In this document: one piece after another, positions 60,179 to 64,000 of the stretch
How the letters are laid out: every line of letters begins with the position of its first letter
Numbering within the stretch: the stretch's first letter is position 1
DNA from: Chloroflexia bacterium
GTDB taxonomy: Bacteria; Chloroflexota; Chloroflexia; QHBQ01; JAICKM01
Length of the DNA stretch: 64,000 nucleotides
Direction: 5' to 3'
Assembly (NCBI GenBank): GCA_038228295.1
Contig: JBBRPH010000021.1
Location: forward strand, 9,954-73,953
Position numbers and translations under genes: made by a program
The notes under the pieces: model-generated
Told to the model about the DNA's origin: nothing
What the model saw: only the letters and a program-made list of their open reading frames with translations
Database searches by the model: none

Positions 60179-61384
60179 ATGAAACGAACTGTAGGAGCCA
60201 CCGCTTTGCTGGTGTTGGGATCAGTCGGCTTAGCCGGCTGCGGCACACAACTCTCGGCACAGGACATTGTGCAGCATATGCGCGATACCGCCGCCAAAAC
60301 CGACAATGCCCATCTGGTGATGACCCTCAGCGGCGCGGTAGACGGCGCCGCAGCGAACGCCACGCTCGGCGGCACGCAGATGTCGGACTTTAAGGGTAAT
60401 GTGAAGGTTGAGTTGTGGTTCAGCAAGCCGAACCTGATTAAGGCGCAGATCCTGGAGTCGAGCAAGCCGGAACTGGTCGGCGCGCAAGTGCTGAACGACG
60501 GCACCAACCTGTGGGCCTATGAGCCGAAGAGCAAAATCGCCTATAAGGTGGACACCACCGGCTTGAAAGAACTGGCCGGCAAGGCCAACATTCCGGCGAA
60601 CCTGCAAGACCTGCTGGCGAACCCCAGCGTGACCACTGCGGTGGACCAACTGCTGACGCTGACTGATGCCACGCTGGTCGGCAACGAAAAGGTCGGCGCA
60701 TACCAGACCTATCACCTCGACCTCGCGCCGAAAGCCGGCAGCCCGGCGGCCAGTGTGCTGCCCGATGCCAAAGGCTCGGTCTGGGTAGACCAAGATAGCT
60801 GGGTACCGGTCAAAGCTACCTTCACGGCCAAGCAGGGCAACGGCCACATGGAAATGACCCTGCTCGATCTCAAAACCGCGTTGCCCGCAGGCACCTTCCA
60901 GTTCACCATGCCCAGTGCCGGCGGCAAGACAGTGGACCTGACTGGGCTGACCCCGCACGCGACGACGTTGGCAGCCGCACAAACCGCCGCTACCGCCGGC
61001 GGCTACAGCCTACTGGTGCCGAGCTACCTGCCCAGTGGCGCGACGCTGGTACAAGTGATGGCGAGCAAAGGCATCATGGGCAACGGAGCCAGCGTGATCC
61101 AGAACTATAGCGGCGGCACAGTCGCCCCGACCTTCTGGGTCAGCCAGATCAACGGCACCGAACAGTTTGGCGCGTTGGGCGGCGCGCACGCCGAAATGCC
61201 GAAGGACGGCCAGGCCGTGACCGTGCGCGGCGTGCAGGGCACCTTCGCCAGCCACAGCGAGAAGGACAGCACCGGCACGACCGCAATCCTCTGGTGGAAA
61301 GAAGCCGGCACTAAGCTGACCGTCGCCATTGGCGGCCAGGCTTCGCAGGCCGAACTCCTGAAAATTGCGGCAGGCTTGAAGTAA
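60179..61384 (+). CDS. Lipoprotein with a LolA-like fold domain and a DUF4367-like C-terminal domain
   Basis: Lipobox LAGC. VELWFSKPNLIKAQILES....VGAQVLNDGTNLWAYEP is typical of LolA/LppX-like half-barrels. The C-terminal GYSLLVPSYLPSG.TLV resembles DUF4367. Confidence 0.6.
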   Translation: MKRTVGATALLVLGSVGLAGCGTQLSAQDIVQHMRDTAAKTDNAHLVMTLSGAVDGAAANATLGGTQMSDFKGNVKVELWFSKPNLIKAQILESSKPELVGAQVLNDGTNLWAYEPKSKIAYKVDTTGLKELAGKANIPANLQDLLANPSVTTAVDQLLTLTDATLVGNEKVGAYQTYHLDLAPKAGSPAASVLPDAKGSVWVDQDSWVPVKATFTAKQGNGHMEMTLLDLKTALPAGTFQFTMPSAGGKTVDLTGLTPHATTLAAAQTAATAGGYSLLVPSYLPSGATLVQVMASKGIMGNGASVIQNYSGGTVAPTFWVSQINGTEQFGALGGAHAEMPKDGQAVTVRGVQGTFASHSEKDSTGTTAILWWKEAGTKLTVAIGGQASQAELLKIAAGLK

Positions 61385-61391
61385 GCAAACC

Positions 61392-61427
61392 GGCGCGCCC
61401 GCTCTGCCTAGGCAGAGCGGGCGCGCC
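61392..61427 (+). terminator. Perfect 17-bp palindrome after the lipoprotein gene
   Basis: GGCGCGCCCGCTCTGCC-TA-GGCAGAGCGGGCGCGCC, followed by TTGCTAGTTG. Confidence 0.6.
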
Positions 61428-61473
61428 TTGCTAGTTGCCCCACTAGATGCGGGCTGCGAGATGGAGGTCGCAC

Positions 61474-62016
61474 ATGGCTACGGACACAGTAAACAAGCCA
61501 CGCCAAGTGCGTATCCCCGCCGGCTCTCTGGTCGAAACCGCGTTTGCAACTAACGACTACGCCGATGCGTATGCTATACGACTGCCGACGGGAACGGCGA
61601 CTGATGTGGATGCGGTGACCCGCACGCTGTTCCTTGCCGGCCCCCACTGGGTTGATAGGCTGCTGGATCTACGGAACAACATCGTCCGCCTGATTGGGCT
61701 GAAAACACCGCCGCGTGGGGCGCAAAAACCGCAGACGATCACCCTGCAATCGGGCAGCGTGGCGGGCCTATTTCACGTCCTGGCCCGCAATGACGACGAA
61801 ATTCTGCTGGGCGAAGATGATCGCCACCTGGATTTTCGCCTCTCGGTGCTAATACGCCGCCGGCAGGGCGTGGCGTGGGCTATCGTCTCGACGGTGGTGC
61901 GCTTTAACGGCCTGCTGGGCCGGGCCTATTTTGTGCCGGTGCGTCCGTTTCACCAGCGGATCGTCCCGGCTATGTTACGCAATATGCAGCGTGCCCTAAG
62001 CGGCGCACGCCTTTGA
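61474..62016 (+). CDS. DUF2867-like protein
   Basis: DYADAYAIRLP...DA......F...P.WV..LL.LRN.IV.L.GLK and HL.FR.SVL resemble DUF2867. The start is uncertain (ATG 61474 or 61447). Confidence 0.55.
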   Translation: MATDTVNKPRQVRIPAGSLVETAFATNDYADAYAIRLPTGTATDVDAVTRTLFLAGPHWVDRLLDLRNNIVRLIGLKTPPRGAQKPQTITLQSGSVAGLFHVLARNDDEILLGEDDRHLDFRLSVLIRRRQGVAWAIVSTVVRFNGLLGRAYFVPVRPFHQRIVPAMLRNMQRALSGARL

Positions 62017-62024
62017 GAGGCGCT

Positions 62025-62789
62025 ATGACTGACCTACTTGACCGTCCGCAACTACTCGATGTGTCCCTACCCCCGGCGGCCCCGCCGATTATCCGCTTGG
62101 TGGATGTGGTGCGGCGCTATAAGATGGGCAGTGGTCCCGTCACAGCGGTGGCCGGCATCAGCCTAGACATCGCAGCGGGCGAGTTCGTGGCGCTGATGGG
62201 CGCGTCGGGGTCGGGCAAATCGTCGCTGCTCAACCTGCTCGGTGGCTTGGACCGGCCCACAACGGGCGCGGTTTGGGTGGCCGATCTGAACCTCGCGCGG
62301 GCTACTAAGAAACAATTGGTCGAACATCGCCGCCGGCAGGTCGGCTTCATTTTCCAGAGCTTTAATCTGCTGCTGCACCGCAGCGCGCTTGAAAATGTGG
62401 AACTGCCGCTGATGCTGGCCGGAGTGGCTGGGCCGGCCCGCCATGCCCGCGCCGCCGCGTTGCTAGCCGAAGTGGGCTTGGCCGAGCGCGCCGATCATCG
62501 GCCCAGCCAATTATCGGGCGGTGAGCAGCAGCGCGTGGCTATCGCCCGTGCACTGGCGAACGAGTCGCCCATCCTGCTGGCCGACGAGCCGACCGGCAAC
62601 CTCGACAGCACTACCGGCGCCGGCGTGATGCAACTGCTGCGCGATCTGAACCGCGCCGGACGGACGCTGATCGTGGTGACGCATGATCCGGGCGTGGCCG
62701 CCTACGCCGACCGTGTCGTTCACCTGCGCGACGGGCAGATCCTGCGGATCGAAACACAAACGCCGGATGGGCGAGAGGACGGACGATGA
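62025..62789 (+). CDS. ABC transporter ATP-binding protein (MacB/LolD-type)
   Basis: Walker A is GASGSGKSSLLN. Q-loop, signature LSGGEQQRVAIARAL, Walker B ILLADEPTGNLD and H-loop VVTHD are present. Confidence 0.9.
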   Translation: MTDLLDRPQLLDVSLPPAAPPIIRLVDVVRRYKMGSGPVTAVAGISLDIAAGEFVALMGASGSGKSSLLNLLGGLDRPTTGAVWVADLNLARATKKQLVEHRRRQVGFIFQSFNLLLHRSALENVELPLMLAGVAGPARHARAAALLAEVGLAERADHRPSQLSGGEQQRVAIARALANESPILLADEPTGNLDSTTGAGVMQLLRDLNRAGRTLIVVTHDPGVAAYADRVVHLRDGQILRIETQTPDGREDGR

Positions 62790-64000
62790 GACCATTAGAT
62801 GTGCTGGCGACCGGCCTGGGCAACCTGCGGCGGCGCAAAATCCGCACCGTGCTGACCTCAATTGGCGTGTGGGTGGGCATCTTGACAGTGGTTACGATGG
62901 TGTCGCTGGGCATCGGCTTGCAAGCGCAAATCACCGACATCATCAAGCAATGGGGGCTGGAAACGGTCTTTGTCGGCCCGAAGGTGCCGCAGCAGGCGGC
63001 CGGTGCGTTCAACGCCTACGCCCGTGTCCGGCCCGATAAGCCGATCACTCCGGCGGTAGTGGCCGGCTTCCGTGCCCTGCCGGGGGTCGCCGGCGTCGAG
63101 CCAATGATGGACATCCCCGAAGGCTTAAACCTGAGCCTCACCTTCAGCGGCAAAAGCTACCCTTTCATCTTGGTAGACCAAAGCAGCCGTGAGTCGCTAT
63201 TCCAGCAACAGGTGGACGTGACCGCCGGGCACGCGCTGCCGCCGGGCGAGACGGGGCGCGGCCTCGTTATCAGTCACCGCTATCTCAACGGCCAGGGCAT
63301 CCTCCCTGCCGCCGAGGCCGCCCTCATCGGGCAGCAGGCGGTATTGCACGCCGAAACACCACGCGGCGATAAGGCCGACTTCCCGCTGACCATCGTCGGC
63401 ATAGATACGGCCACCCGTGGCGGCAAAATCGGCACTGCCGACGCGGTGGGGCTCAAGCAATGGTGGTTTAACGCGCCCGATATCTTGCAGACCGACGGCT
63501 ACGCCCAGGTCGCCGTCCATGCCCGCTCGCTCAACGAAGCCTCACAGGTCGCTGGGGCGGTGGCCGCGCAGGGTTTCAGCGCGCAGACGCTGCAATTACT
63601 GCTTGACCAGGTGAACCGCATCTTCCTAATCGTGGAGACGATGCTCTCCTCGATTGGCATCCTGGCTCTGATCGTCGCCAGCATTGGCATCGCCAACACG
63701 ATGATCATGGCGATCTTTGAGCGCACCCGCGAGATCGGCGTGCTGAAGGCGCTCGGCGCATCGAACGGCGACGTGCTGAAGATGTTTGTAGTCGAATCGG
63801 CGGCGATTGGCCTGCTGGGCGGCGTGTGTGGCGTAATCGGCGGCTGGCTCCTGAGCCGCCTGCTCGATTGGGTGATCCACAACTATCTGACCAGCATCCA
63901 GGTCAGCATCCCCGCACCGTTCTTTATCCTGACTCCGGCGCTGATCGCCGGCGCGCTGACCTTCGCCACGGTGATTGGCCTGCTGGCCGGCATCTACCCC
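62786..64000 (+). CDS. ABC transporter permease, FtsX/MacB-type (3' end beyond the window)
   Basis: The ATG overlaps the upstream stop (ATGA). N-terminal LRRRKIRTVLTSIGVWVGI, a large extracytoplasmic domain, and the FtsX-domain motif FERTREIGVLKALGA. I read the frame through to position 64000 and found it open. It is absent from the supplied ORF track because it runs off the window end. Confidence 0.85.
   Translation, partial: MRPLDVLATGLGNLRRRKIRTVLTSIGVWVGILTVVTMVSLGIGLQAQITDIIKQWGLETVFVGPKVPQQAAGAFNAYARVRPDKPITPAVVAGFRALPGVAGVEPMMDIPEGLNLSLTFSGKSYPFILVDQSSRESLFQQQVDVTAGHALPPGETGRGLVISHRYLNGQGILPAAEAALIGQQAVLHAETPRGDKADFPLTIVGIDTATRGGKIGTADAVGLKQWWFNAPDILQTDGYAQVAVHARSLNEASQVAGAVAAQGFSAQTLQLLLDQVNRIFLIVETMLSSIGILALIVASIGIANTMIMAIFERTREIGVLKALGASNGDVLKMFVVESAAIGLLGGVCGVIGGWLLSRLLDWVIHNYLTSIQVSIPAPFFILTPALIAGALTFATVIGLLAGIYP

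Overview
GC-rich bacterial chromosomal segment. Gene content and style suggest a filamentous Chloroflexota-like organism, but that is inference only. I can support about 55 protein-coding genes and saw no rRNA, tRNA, CRISPR array or transposase.

Housekeeping genes present:
- Metabolism and RNA modification: ridA, an Rv1855c-type F420/LLM oxidoreductase, purC/purS/purQ, mtaB.
- Heat shock: a dnaJ-hspR-clp block.
- Envelope and DNA repair: lepB, pcp, nfo, a UDG-superfamily gene.
- Regulation and transport: an OmpR/HisKA two-component pair and a MacB-type ABC transporter.

The dominant theme is envelope and secretome:
- About 12 polytopic GT-C-type membrane glycosyltransferase-like genes lie within about 41 kb: 5 GT87/DUF2029-like paralogs, 2 PIG-V-like, 2 YfhO-like, 1 GT39/PMT_2-like, 1 O-antigen-ligase-like and 1 unclassified.
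- Several of these are translationally chained directly behind purC, purS and purQ.
- Nearby are secreted or anchored proteins with Pro/Thr-rich linkers: an S8 protease, an S41 protease, two zinc-ribbon/TM/CHRD-like paralogs and a 628-aa secreted protein.

Three large envelope genes each carry a single lesion:
- An in-frame TAG at a conserved Trp of a YfhO gene.
- An in-frame TAA inside a ~2000-codon alpha-2-macroglobulin gene.
- An out-of-frame internal deletion in a PIG-V-like paralog.

Two short repeat families recur. One is a set of CGTNANN heptad tracts. The other is paired C-tract/G-tract hairpins. Both occur intergenically and, unusually, in frame inside coding sequence.

Other items:
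- A MazF/RHH toxin-antitoxin pair with a palindromic operator in its promoter.
- A tandem pair of 2-TM zinc-ribbon proteins embedded in the GT87 array.
- A small secreted DPGF-repeat peptide coupled to a P-loop kinase.
- A Lys-rich 16-codon micro-ORF with its own terminator.

All functional calls come from motif recognition by eye. No database search was run.
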